NCBI GenBank assembly: GCA_038230535.1
Contig: JBBRNB010000015.1
Location: forward strand, 3,992 to 67,991
Origin: Thermoanaerobaculia bacterium
Lineage (GTDB): Bacteria > Acidobacteriota > Thermoanaerobaculia > Gp7-AA8
Reading direction: 5' to 3'
Length of the DNA stretch: 64,000 nucleotides
The notes under the pieces are model-generated. The model worked only from the letters and a program-made list of their open reading frames with translations. It did not search any database and was not told the origin of the DNA. Position numbers and translations under genes: made by a program. Shown in pieces: positions 1 to 9,900 of the stretch. How positions within the stretch are numbered: position 1 is the stretch's first letter; the number at the start of each line of letters is the position of its first letter.

Positions 1-211
1 CGTAGAGACGCAGCGTCATCCCGTGGATCTCACCCCACGGGCTCTCCAGAGCCTCGTATTCGTCGATGTTGGCCAGTCCTCCCCAGACCGGCCGCGCGAA
101 GTATGCCGACTCGAACTCGAGCCACTCGTTGCTCCCCGCCAGCGGCTCTTTGAGACGCCGGTTGTGAATCTTCCATTTGCCGAAGATGAAGTCGAAGTCC
201 TGATTGCTCAT
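1..211 (-). CDS. DUF1579-like hypothetical protein, partial (runs off left edge)
   Basis: Hand translation from ATG at 211 gives MSNQDFDFIFGKWKIHNRRLKEPLAGSNEWLEFESAYFARPVWGGLANIDEYEALESPWEIHGMTLRLY with no stop before the edge. It is divergent from a MocR regulator and absent from the ORF track because it lacks a stop. Confidence 0.7.
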   Translation of the reverse strand, partial: MSNQDFDFIFGKWKIHNRRLKEPLAGSNEWLEFESAYFARPVWGGLANIDEYEALESPWGEIHGMTLRLY

Positions 212-270
212 GGCGCGCATCGTACGAATGTAGTGGTACGTTCACCATGACCATTGCGACGTTTTTCGAT

Positions 271-1674
271 ATGACCACTCTGGTGACCTTCGACATCCGT
301 TCGAGCGTGCCCTACTACCGGCAGATCTACGACGGCTACCGCGCCGCAATCCTCTCCGGCCGGCTCCGTCCCGGCGAGCGGCTGCCCTCCACTCGCGCGC
401 TCGCCGCGGAGCTGAACATCTCGCGCCTGCCGGTGGTGAATGCCTTCGAGCAACTGCTGCACGAGGGATACATCGAGGGCCGCGTGGGATCGGGGACGTT
501 TGTGAAGGATTCCATTCCCGACGAGCTTGCACATCCGGCCTCTCAGCCGCCACGCAAAAGACCAACACCGATCCGGCAGACGGCTGGTCCTCTCGGCCCC
601 TTCCGTGTCAGCCTTCCGGCGCTCGACCGATTCCCACTACGCCTCTGGTCGCGGCTCGTGGCCAGGCACGCGAAACAATTGACGATCGAGCAGATGGCAT
701 ACGGCGACGCCGCGGGACATGCGCCCCTTCGCCGCGCGGTCGCCGGCTACCTGCGAACGTCGCGCGCCGTGCAGTGTGAGGCGAGTGATGTGCTGATCGT
801 CTCCGGCTCGCAGATGGCGCTTCAGATCTGCGCGCTCGCAATCCTCGGCCGGGGAAACACGGTCTGCATCGAGGAACCAGGGTATCCCGGCGCGCGCGAC
901 GCATTGACCCGAGGCGGCGCACGCGTCGTTCCTGTGCCCGTCGACGAAGAAGGGATCCGCGTTGACGAAATCGGCCGGAACGTCCGTGCCGTCTACGTCA
1001 CTCCATCCCATCAATATCCGCTGGGCATGTCCATGACCGCATCGCGCCGTCTGGCCCTTCTCGAATGGGCCCGCCGCACCAAGGCCTGGATCATCGAGGA
1101 CGATTACGACAGCGAGTACCGCTATGCCAGCCGTCCTCTCGGCGCCTTGCAAGGGATGGACACCGCCTCGCGTGTGATCTACATCGGCACCTTCAGCCGC
1201 GTGCTCTTCCCCTCCCTCCGCCTCGGATACCTGGTCGTCCCGCGCGAGCTGATGGACGCCTTCATCCGTCACCGCGAGTCGATCGACCTCTTCTCCCCTG
1301 TGCTCGAACAGATGGTGGTCACCGAGTTTCTGACCGAAGGCCACTTCGCACGCCACGTGCGCCGCATGCGCACCCTCTACGAGAAGCGCCGCGATGCGCT
1401 CATCCGCGGCCTGCGCGAGCACGCCGGCAGCCTCGTCCCACACAACGCGGACGCCGGCCTCCACATCGCAGCATTCCTCGCCAAAGGCATGGACGATCGC
1501 GTCGTCGCTCGCGAAGCCGCCCTCCGAGGGATCGACGCGATCGCCTTGTCGACCTGTTACGCCGGTCCCCATCCACGCCCCGGTCTCGTCCTTGGCTTCG
1601 GCGGAGCAAGCGAACGAAGGATCGTCATTGCGTGCAAGACGCTTGGAGAGGTGATCCGTGAGTTGGGTGGATGA
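271..1674 (+). CDS. MocR/GabR-family regulator (GntR wHTH plus PLP-dependent aminotransferase domain)
   Basis: N-terminal PYYRQIY...LRPGERLPSTRALA wHTH; IIEDDYDSEY and GTFSRVLFPSLRLGY aminotransferase motifs. Start could be 247 or 271. Confidence 0.93.
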   Translation: MTTLVTFDIRSSVPYYRQIYDGYRAAILSGRLRPGERLPSTRALAAELNISRLPVVNAFEQLLHEGYIEGRVGSGTFVKDSIPDELAHPASQPPRKRPTPIRQTAGPLGPFRVSLPALDRFPLRLWSRLVARHAKQLTIEQMAYGDAAGHAPLRRAVAGYLRTSRAVQCEASDVLIVSGSQMALQICALAILGRGNTVCIEEPGYPGARDALTRGGARVVPVPVDEEGIRVDEIGRNVRAVYVTPSHQYPLGMSMTASRRLALLEWARRTKAWIIEDDYDSEYRYASRPLGALQGMDTASRVIYIGTFSRVLFPSLRLGYLVVPRELMDAFIRHRESIDLFSPVLEQMVVTEFLTEGHFARHVRRMRTLYEKRRDALIRGLREHAGSLVPHNADAGLHIAAFLAKGMDDRVVAREAALRGIDAIALSTCYAGPHPRPGLVLGFGGASERRIVIACKTLGEVIRELGG

Positions 1675-1746
1675 TGCCCTCGGGCACCGACGGCCCACGC
1701 GGAAAAATCGCCGCCACGGCACCTCTAACGAAGAGGGGGTGCTTCC

Positions 1747-2676
1747 ATGTGGGATACGGTCACACACGTCACGTCCGGAATCACGCTCGTCGCATTCCTC
1801 ATCGCGGCAGTGGTCACGATCCTTTGGGGACGACTCAAGCACCACGAGCGTGCTCTCGCGTTAGCCCTCCCGGAAGATCGCGCCAAGCTGATGGAATCGC
1901 TCAGCGACTCTTTCCTCGTCAGCGCGAGCCCATTAGACGCGACCGGGCTATCGCCCGAACACACCTACAACCTCCTGCGCGAACAGATCAGGGAACGGAC
2001 CGCGCGATTCAAAATCACGAACACCGTCTTTGTCATCCTTACCCTCATCGCCGCCGGCGTCACGATCCTGCTGGGACGAGCGACGATCGCGACCCCGATA
2101 CACCAAAACGGTGTGCTGACGGTTCCCACTCGTCCCACGAAGACGCACATTCTCGATCCCAGTGGTGTCGTCTTTGGTGCAAACCTCACCATTGCGGCCT
2201 TTCCCTGGCTGCGCGACAACGGTATCAACCTCTCGGACATCCATCCTGACAATGCAGAAGTAGTCATCGAGAACAACCGGGCGCTCTACAAGGGACTGGC
2301 CGTCCACCCAACGACGAGCGAGAACTTCCTCGCCGAACAAGGCAACACCGCGCTGGGAACATTCACGCTCTACCTCCCGCTCCGCGTACACCAGGTGAAC
2401 GTCACGCGCCCGGCACTGATCGCCCAGTCGGGCAGTGGCGTCACGCATCCGGCATGGAGTATTCACGCCCTCGACCCTGAAGGACGCGACATTGCCAGCG
2501 CCGAAGAGCCTCTCACCAGGAGCATGACGGACGTCCCTCAGCGAACGCTCACCATCAACGCGCCGCCAGGGATGCTCATCGCGGCCGTCCGAATCGATTC
2601 CGACCCTCGGCTAAACGGGAAGAACTTCGCCGCGTTCAACGGCGTCCTCATCGAGCAACTCACCTATGTCGAATAG
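1747..2676 (+). CDS. Hypothetical membrane protein (two N-terminal hydrophobic helices, soluble C-terminal domain)
   Basis: 309-aa ORF preceded by GAGGGGG; hydrophobic segments ITLVAFLIAAVVTILW and VFVILTLIAAGVTILL. Confidence 0.7.
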   Translation: MWDTVTHVTSGITLVAFLIAAVVTILWGRLKHHERALALALPEDRAKLMESLSDSFLVSASPLDATGLSPEHTYNLLREQIRERTARFKITNTVFVILTLIAAGVTILLGRATIATPIHQNGVLTVPTRPTKTHILDPSGVVFGANLTIAAFPWLRDNGINLSDIHPDNAEVVIENNRALYKGLAVHPTTSENFLAEQGNTALGTFTLYLPLRVHQVNVTRPALIAQSGSGVTHPAWSIHALDPEGRDIASAEEPLTRSMTDVPQRTLTINAPPGMLIAAVRIDSDPRLNGKNFAAFNGVLIEQLTYVE

Positions 2677-2703
2677 AGCAACCCAACAAGGAGGTCAATT
2701 TCC

Positions 2704-2877
2704 ATGGACACCACAGACGATACTGGCAACGACAACACCGACAGCAGCGATAGCACAGCCGGCAACGACACCATCGACCTCGGCGACATCCACGACAGCA
2801 GCGGCGTCAAGAACGACTTCCAGGTCTCCGTCTCCGGTGAGCCTGTAACAAATACGCCACCCGACGACGACAAATAA
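2704..2877 (+). CDS. Small acidic protein, 57 aa
   Basis: AAGGAGGT Shine-Dalgarno just upstream of ATG 2704; translates to MDTTDDTGNDNTDSSDSTAGNDTIDLGDIHDSSGVKNDFQVSVSGEPVTNTPPDDDK, stop TAA 2875-2877. Below the ORF-track cutoff. Confidence 0.6.
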   Translation: MDTTDDTGNDNTDSSDSTAGNDTIDLGDIHDSSGVKNDFQVSVSGEPVTNTPPDDDK

Positions 2878-2893
2878 GCGCCCAACGGGTCCT

Positions 2894-3110
2894 GATCTCA
2901 TCCCGCGAGATCCCGATCTCGCTTCGCGAGATGTCTATCTCGTCCCGTGAGATCCAGATCTCATCTCGTGAGATACCGATCTCGTCTCGTGAGATCGCGA
3001 TCTCGGCAAAAGGTATCGCGTTCTCCTGTTTTGAGATCGCTATCCCCCGAAACTCTAAACGGACCCCTCCTCTTCTTAAAACGACCCCCTATCCGCTTAA
3101 AACGATGTCC
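2894..3110. repeat. 21-nt-period tandem repeat tract
   Basis: Five good units such as GATCTCATCCCGCGAGATCCC and GATCTCGTCTCGTGAGATCGC at 2894-2998, a degenerate sixth, then TTAAAACGA recurring 21 nt apart near 3076 and 3097. Confidence 0.85.
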
Positions 3111-3131
3111 TCGGGTGGTCGGGCGCGAACG

Positions 3132-3800
3132 TCAGCTTTGCAACGCTGCGCGAATCGCGTCGGTGCGAGCGAGGCCGAGGGGGCTTATTCCACGTCCGTC
3201 CGGCCTGTTCGGGCTGGCGCCATGCGCGAGAAGGGTGGCGATGATCTCGAGCTGCTCGCTGACGGTACCCGATGTCCCGCCGGCGCCGGTCTGTGAGACC
3301 GCGAGGTGCAACGGCGTCGATCCTCCCTTTTTGAGCCTCAGACCAACATTCGCGCCAGCGGCGCAGAGGCGCAGCACAGCACGCGGACTCCTGGCTCGGA
3401 CCGCGCGATGGAGCGGTGTCACGCCGCCGGCGCCGGCCAGATCGACCGGTGCTCCCGCGGCGACCAGAAGATCGATGATCCGTTCCTGTTCGGGCGGATT
3501 CCATACACCACCTGCGGGGCGGGGATCGCATGCGTAGTGGAGAGGCGATGCACCGCGCCGGTTGACGGCATCGACCTTCGCGCCGGCCTTCAGCAATGCC
3601 TCGACGATCCCGGCATGCAGCGCCGCGGCAGCGAGATGGAGCGGCGTATCACCTACGTAGAGCCAATGGATGGACTCGATCAAACGATCCTCTCGCATCC
3701 GGGCGAGCGCCAGGGCCGGGTCACGCGCCAAGTCGCTCACGACGCTCTCGGCATCGTCAGCGATGATCGCGTTCAGGAGCGCGTCGAGTAAAGCATCCAC
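3132..3800 (-). CDS. Ankyrin repeat protein
   Basis: GDTPLHLAA, GASPLHYAC, GVTPLHRAV, GSTPLHLAV repeats. Confidence 0.92.
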   Translation of the reverse strand: MDALLDALLNAIIADDAESVVSDLARDPALALARMREDRLIESIHWLYVGDTPLHLAAAALHAGIVEALLKAGAKVDAVNRRGASPLHYACDPRPAGGVWNPPEQERIIDLLVAAGAPVDLAGAGGVTPLHRAVRARSPRAVLRLCAAGANVGLRLKKGGSTPLHLAVSQTGAGGTSGTVSEQLEIIATLLAHGASPNRPDGRGISPLGLARTDAIRAALQS

Positions 3801-3982
3801 CGATCACGAAATTCTAACGGGGTCTACCATCAATAATTTACACCATTAAGCCGCAGAGCTTGCTATTCTCATTTCAGAGAGCTTCAGCAATCAGTCAGGT
3901 CCTACCAATCCAAACGTAACGAAAGCCGCCGATACCGGTTTGCCCAGGACTGGCACATCGAGGGCCGTGAGGGATTCTACGC

Positions 3983-6900
3983 ATGCGAAAGTTGTGGTCG
4001 CTGGGTTTCTGTCTCATCCTTACCGGTTCCGCGTTTGCTCAGCCGCTGCTCAAGTCGGCCATTCAACTCGACCCTGGGAACACAAAAGCCACCGGCGCGC
4101 AGTTCGCCTACCGCCTCACCTACAACTGCAGCAGCACGTCGGGACCCTGCCTCGGCTCGCAGGTCGTCGATCTGCTGCCCGCGGAGCTGTCGGAGATCTC
4201 CACCGTACCGGCATCGCCGACAGGTGATGTGGCGGCGATCAACGTCACCCCCAACTTCGGAGGGAGCGGGCGCACGCGCGTGCAGTTCGTCATGATCTCT
4301 CCCCTGCCGGCCGGCAACAGCGGCGATCTGCTGATCAATGTCAAGTTCCCGAACGGCACTACTCCCAACGGAACCGTGGCCACCAATACCGCCGACGGGA
4401 TCAACCTCGGCGCGACTCCCGGCACCTTCACCACGCCGCCGGTAAGCGTCACCGCGACGGCCACCGAGCAGGTCACCGTGTCGAAGACGCTGACTTCCGC
4501 GCCGGCCAACCTCGACATGCCGGAGAGCTACCGCCTTCGCATCTCCAACTCCGGCAGCAACGGAACGCTGAACCTGACCGCAGTCGGTCCGATCACCGAC
4601 ACGCTGCCCACCGGCACCGTCTTCAACGGCTCGACGCCCGCGGCCGACTGCCAGCCAGGATGTGTCGGTACGACACCGGCTTCCGTCACCTGGACCAGCC
4701 CCTGCTCACTCCCCCTCACCCCTGGCAGCAACTGCGACGTCAGTGTCAATGTGACCTTCCCGTCGGCCACATTCACCTCGGGCACCAACGTCACCAACAG
4801 CTTCACCGGAACAGCAACCGCGCTCGGGCAGCCTCCTGCCGCGTTGGGTGTCGGCACGATCACGCATCAGGTCACGACGTTCGTTCCGGCGCCGAGCGCA
4901 GGGTTATCGAAGAACGTCGACGGCAACTCGCCGAGCCCGCCGACCCTCAATCAAACCTTCAGCTACAACTTCAACCCTTCCAACAACGGCAACGTGCCGC
5001 TCGACACCATGACCGTGATCGACACGCTGCCGGTGCAGATGCACGTCACGTCAGTAACGACGGGCTCCTACAACAACCTGAGCGACTTCGCCCCTGGCGT
5101 CGGTGTTCGAGTGAGCTACGAAAAGAACACGGCGCCCGGTGTTTTCACGCTGTGGGGCAGCTCGCCGAACGCGACAACGAACACGACCCTCACCGCTCCT
5201 CCGCCAGGCCTCGGCGCGGGGGAGTATCTGACCCGGATCAAATGGGAGTACGGTCAGGCCGCGGTAGGGATGGGCACGTCGACTCGCCCGCTGGTCACAG
5301 GCCAGATCATCAACCCCAGCAACAGCGGGGCACCGGTGGCCTTCGGGAACACCATCCAGAACTGCGTCGACCTCGCTGCTGTCTACACCGCCGGCCCGAC
5401 CCCCGTCTCGCAGCACGTCTGCGACAGCTTCGTCTTGAGCGGCCCCTTCGTGGAGCTCAATCCCGCCAAAGACAACCTCTCCGGAGGCGGCCCGTTCAAC
5501 CCGGGACAATCGGTCTCCTTCCGGCTCCGAGTCCGCAGCGACGGGCGCTCCAGCGACCCGGCACCTCTGCAGTTCCTATCGGCCTCCGACCTCCTGCCGG
5601 TCGATATGGTCTTCAACTCCTGGACCTTCGACGACCGGGGCACCGGGCTTCCCTCGCCGCAGAACTTCACACAGATTCCAAACTACGCCGGCAGCGGACG
5701 GACATTGCTGCGCTGGTCATGGAACGCCGGAAGCGGCAGCCTGGCGGTCGGCCAGGAGGTCTGGATCAACATCACGACGACGATTCGTACCGGCGCGAAC
5801 TTCGGCTCGTTGACGAACACGTTCAACCTCACATCCAACAACCCCGGCCTCGCACAACGCTGCAACGGCGGGTCGGCAACCGACGCGCTCGACTTCGACA
5901 ACGACGGTCTCACCAACGACACGCTTTGCACCGCCAACGGCACTGCCACCATCGCGCCGATCGCGCAACTCGCATCGCAGAAGACGATCAAAGGAACGTG
6001 CGACGGCGGCGCGGTCTCAACATCTGCCGGAACGCTCGCCGGCGGCGCCGTGGAGTACCACCTCAGCGTCACCAATCCCGGCACCGTCGCGATGCAGAAC
6101 TTCGTCCTCATCGACATCCTGCCGTTCGCCGGCGACACGGGTGTACGCGACACCAGTCCGCGCGGATCACAGTGGACGCCACTCCTGGCCGCGCCGATCA
6201 CGCCGCCTGCCGGCACCACGATCTACTACACGACGGCCGGCAATCCTTGCCGAGGAGAAGTCGGCGGACCGGTCACCGGCTGTACGCCGCCAAATTGGAC
6301 GACCGTAGCCCCCGACCCGATCACCAGCGTCCGGGCATTCAAGATCGAATTCGGCAGCAGAGTCCTCGGTCCGGCCGACGTCCTCAACTTTGCCTATTCA
6401 ATGATCGCCCCCGGCAACACACCGCCTGGACAGAACGCCTACAACTCATTCGCCTATCAGGCCGACCGCTCCGACGGTCTCGGCTCGTTGGCCGCCGAAC
6501 CGCAGAAGGCCGGCATCGCGCTCGGCTCCTGCCCTGCCGCCGCCCTCGGCGACTACGTCTGGGTCGACACGAACCACAACGGCATCCAGGACGACGGTCC
6601 CACCGGTCTCAACGGCGTCTACGTGCAGCTCTTCTCCCCCGGACCCGACGGCATCGAAGGCACCGCAGACGACGTGCCGCTGGCTTCCACCATCACCAGC
6701 AACAATCCCTCTGGAGGCGCGCCCGGCTGGTACTTCTTCCCCGGACTGGCGCCCGGCAACTACTACGTCAAAGTCACACCGCCGCCAACCTTCAACTTCA
6801 CCCTGCAGCACATCGGCACCGGCGCACTCGATTCCGATGGAAATCCCGCCACCGGCATGTCGCAGGTCGTCACGCTTGCGGTGAATCAGATCAACCCCGA

Positions 6901-9900
6901 CATCGACTTCGGTCTCTTCACCACACACACCGCCGCGCTCGGCAACTACGTCTGGTTCGACCACAACAACGACGGCATTCAGAACGAACCGGTCACCTCG
7001 GGCGTCAACGGCGTCACGGTGAAGCTCTTCGTCGACAACGGCGACAACACGCCGGGCCCTGGCGACGTGCAGGTGGCGACCACCGTCACGGCTGACGACG
7101 TCTACGGCCGTCCCGGCTACTACCTCTTCCAGGGACTCACTCCCGGTCTCGCCTACTACGTACAGTTCGTGCTGCCATCGGTGGCCACCGGATTCACATC
7201 ACTTCATACCGGCGCCGACGGAACCGTCGACTCGGATGCCAACACCAGCACCGGCAATTCGCAACTGGTGACTCTCGCGCCCGACGAAGTGAACCTGACG
7301 ATCGACGCCGGCATCGTCACCGCTTCAGGCATCCTGGCCCTCGGCGATCAGGTCTGGCTTGATACGAACAACAACGGCATCTTCGAGCCGCAGAACGGCG
7401 AGACCGGAATCGACGGTGTTCGTCTCGATCTCTATCGCGACGTGAACAACGATGGGCTGCCGTCGCTGGACGAGTATCTCGATACGGCCACCACCGGCAC
7501 GGTGTCCGGATTCTCCGGCCGTTATCGATTCGACAATCTCGCGCCCGGCAACTACATAGTCGTCGTTCATCCCTCGAGCTTCGATGGAGGTGGGGCGCTC
7601 TTCGGCCTCTCGACCAGTACCGGCAACGACCCGGCGCCCGATCCTGACGATGACGTCAACGGCGACGACAACGGCACGAACCTCGGCGCACTGATCGGCA
7701 GCAAACCCGTCACCCTCAGCAACGGCGGCGAGCCAACCTCCGAGGATGGCGACGCCAACACCAACCTCACCGTCGACTTCGGCTTCATCACCTCATCACC
7801 GTCGCCGCTCTACTACGACTACGGCGATGCCCCCGATACCGGCAGTGGGACCGGCCGCGGCAACTACAACACCACCGCGCTCGACAACGGCCCCTTCCAT
7901 CTTCTCGGCGTTCCGAACGCTCCATACCTCGGCAACTGCGTCGACTCCGACGGCGGCTTCCTGCAGAACGCCACCGCCACCGCGGACGACAACGGTCCGC
8001 ACGGAATCGTCATCGGCACCTGCAGCGGAACCTCGGACGAGGACGGCGTCACCTTCACCGGACCCTTCACTCCCGGCAACGTGGCCACATTCAGCGTCAC
8101 CGCAGGCGGCCCCACCCAGTGTCACCTCGACGCGTGGGTCGACTGGAACCAGGACGGCATCTTCGGCAACTCCCCCGGCGAGCAGATCGCCACAAATCTC
8201 ATCGTTCCCAACGGTCCGCCGACAGTTCTGTCGCCAACCGTTCCCGCGAGCGCCATCCCCGGCACGACCTACGCTCGCTTCCGCTGCTCAACAGCCGGCA
8301 ATCTGCCGCCGGCCGGTCCGGCCGCTGATGGCGAAGTCGAAGACTATGCCGTCGGAATCATCGGCTACGACTACGGCGATGCCCCCGCCAGCTACGGCAC
8401 GCAGGGCGCTGGTGCGGCCCGCCACGTCATCATCCCGGGAACAACCTTGACGCTCGGCCAGTGCGTCGACACGGAGCTCGACGGCCAGCCGAATGCCGCG
8501 GCCAACGGCGACGACGGCAGCGCAGGCACCAGCCGCATCGGCACCTGCGCCGATGACGAGGATGGCGTCGTCTTCACCTCCCCAATCGCAACATGCAGCA
8601 CCGCCAGCGTGACAGTGACCGCCGGAGCGGCCGGAAAACTCGACGCCTGGATCGACTTCAACCGGAACGGTACATTCGCCGGCGCCGGCGAGCAGATCTT
8701 CGTGAGCCAGACGGTCAACGCCGGCTCCAACAACCTGACCTTCGCCGTCCCCTGCAACGCCTCGGGCGGCCTCTCCTACATGCGCTTCCGCCTCTCCTCC
8801 GCCGGCGGACTCGGGCCGGCAGGCGATGCCCCAGACGGTGAAGTCGAGGACTACGCTGTGACCATCCAGACAGTCGACTTCGGCGACGCACCGAACAGCT
8901 ACGGAACGACCTTCGCGTCGAACGGACCCCGTCACACCATCGTCAGCGGCTTCTCGCTCGGCGCGACCGTCGACGCCGAGGTTGATGGACAACCGAATGC
9001 GGCAGCCACCGGCGACGGTGCCGACGAGGACGGAGTCACCTTACCCGCCGGCAACCTGTTCAAGGCCTGCACCACGCAAGGACTCACGGTCAACCTGACC
9101 AACACCGCAGGCATCGCCACTCCGAAGCTCGACGCATGGATCGACTTCGATGGCGACGGAACGTTCGACAATCCACGCGACCACGTCGTCGTCTCGGCGG
9201 CGCTCGTGTCAGGAGCGAACACGATCAACGTCAATGTTCCGTGCAACGCAAAGACACGCGCGACGACCTACGCACGCTTCCGCCTCTCGTCGACCGGCAC
9301 CGCATTGCCGACCGGGTTCGCGAACGACGGCGAAGTCGAAGACTACGCGGTCGCGACTGCCGGCCTCGACTTCGGAGACGCCCCTGATCCTGCCTATCCG
9401 ACGTTGCTGGCGTCGAACGGTGCGCGGCACTACGTTCTGCCGTCAAACAACCCAACCCTCGGCCCGACGGTTGACACCGAGGGTGATGGACAACCGAATG
9501 CGACAGCCACCGGCGATGGCGCGGACGAAGATGGCGTCGCCTTCCCGGTCCCGTTGATCCCCGGCACGACGGGATCGATCACAGTCACGACCGGACCTAC
9601 AGGCGGCATCGTCACCTGCTGGATGGACTTCAGCCACAACGGTTCATGGGCCGACGCGGGCGAGCACATCGTTCCCGACTTTGCGCTCTCCGCCAATACG
9701 TCGCACACCTTCACCTTCCCGATCCCTGTCCCCGCTGTCTCCGGACCAACGATGACGCGCTGCCGCATCTCATCGATCGGCGGTCTCGGACCGACAGGCC
9801 TGGCGAACGACGGCGAGGTCGAAGACTGGGCCGCGAACATGCTGGTGGCGCACCCGCAGATCGGCGTCGGCGAATGTCTCGTCAAGACAGCGGTCAACGA

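Noticed and set aside
30-296. 88-aa minus ORF in the track
   Set aside because: Wrong frame; the protein-like reading is the neighbouring frame from ATG 211 running off the left edge.
2894-3019. Possible CRISPR array
   Set aside because: Units are directly adjacent with no unique spacers, and there are no cas genes.
3800-3982. Possible riboswitch upstream of the surface protein
   Set aside because: I could not match a c-di-GMP or other aptamer consensus by eye; an Rfam scan would be needed.
4660-7095. 811-aa alternative-frame ORF and similar long Arg/Pro-rich ORFs over real genes, including those antisense to the PKS
   Set aside because: Shadow ORFs expected from GC-rich codon bias; no motifs.
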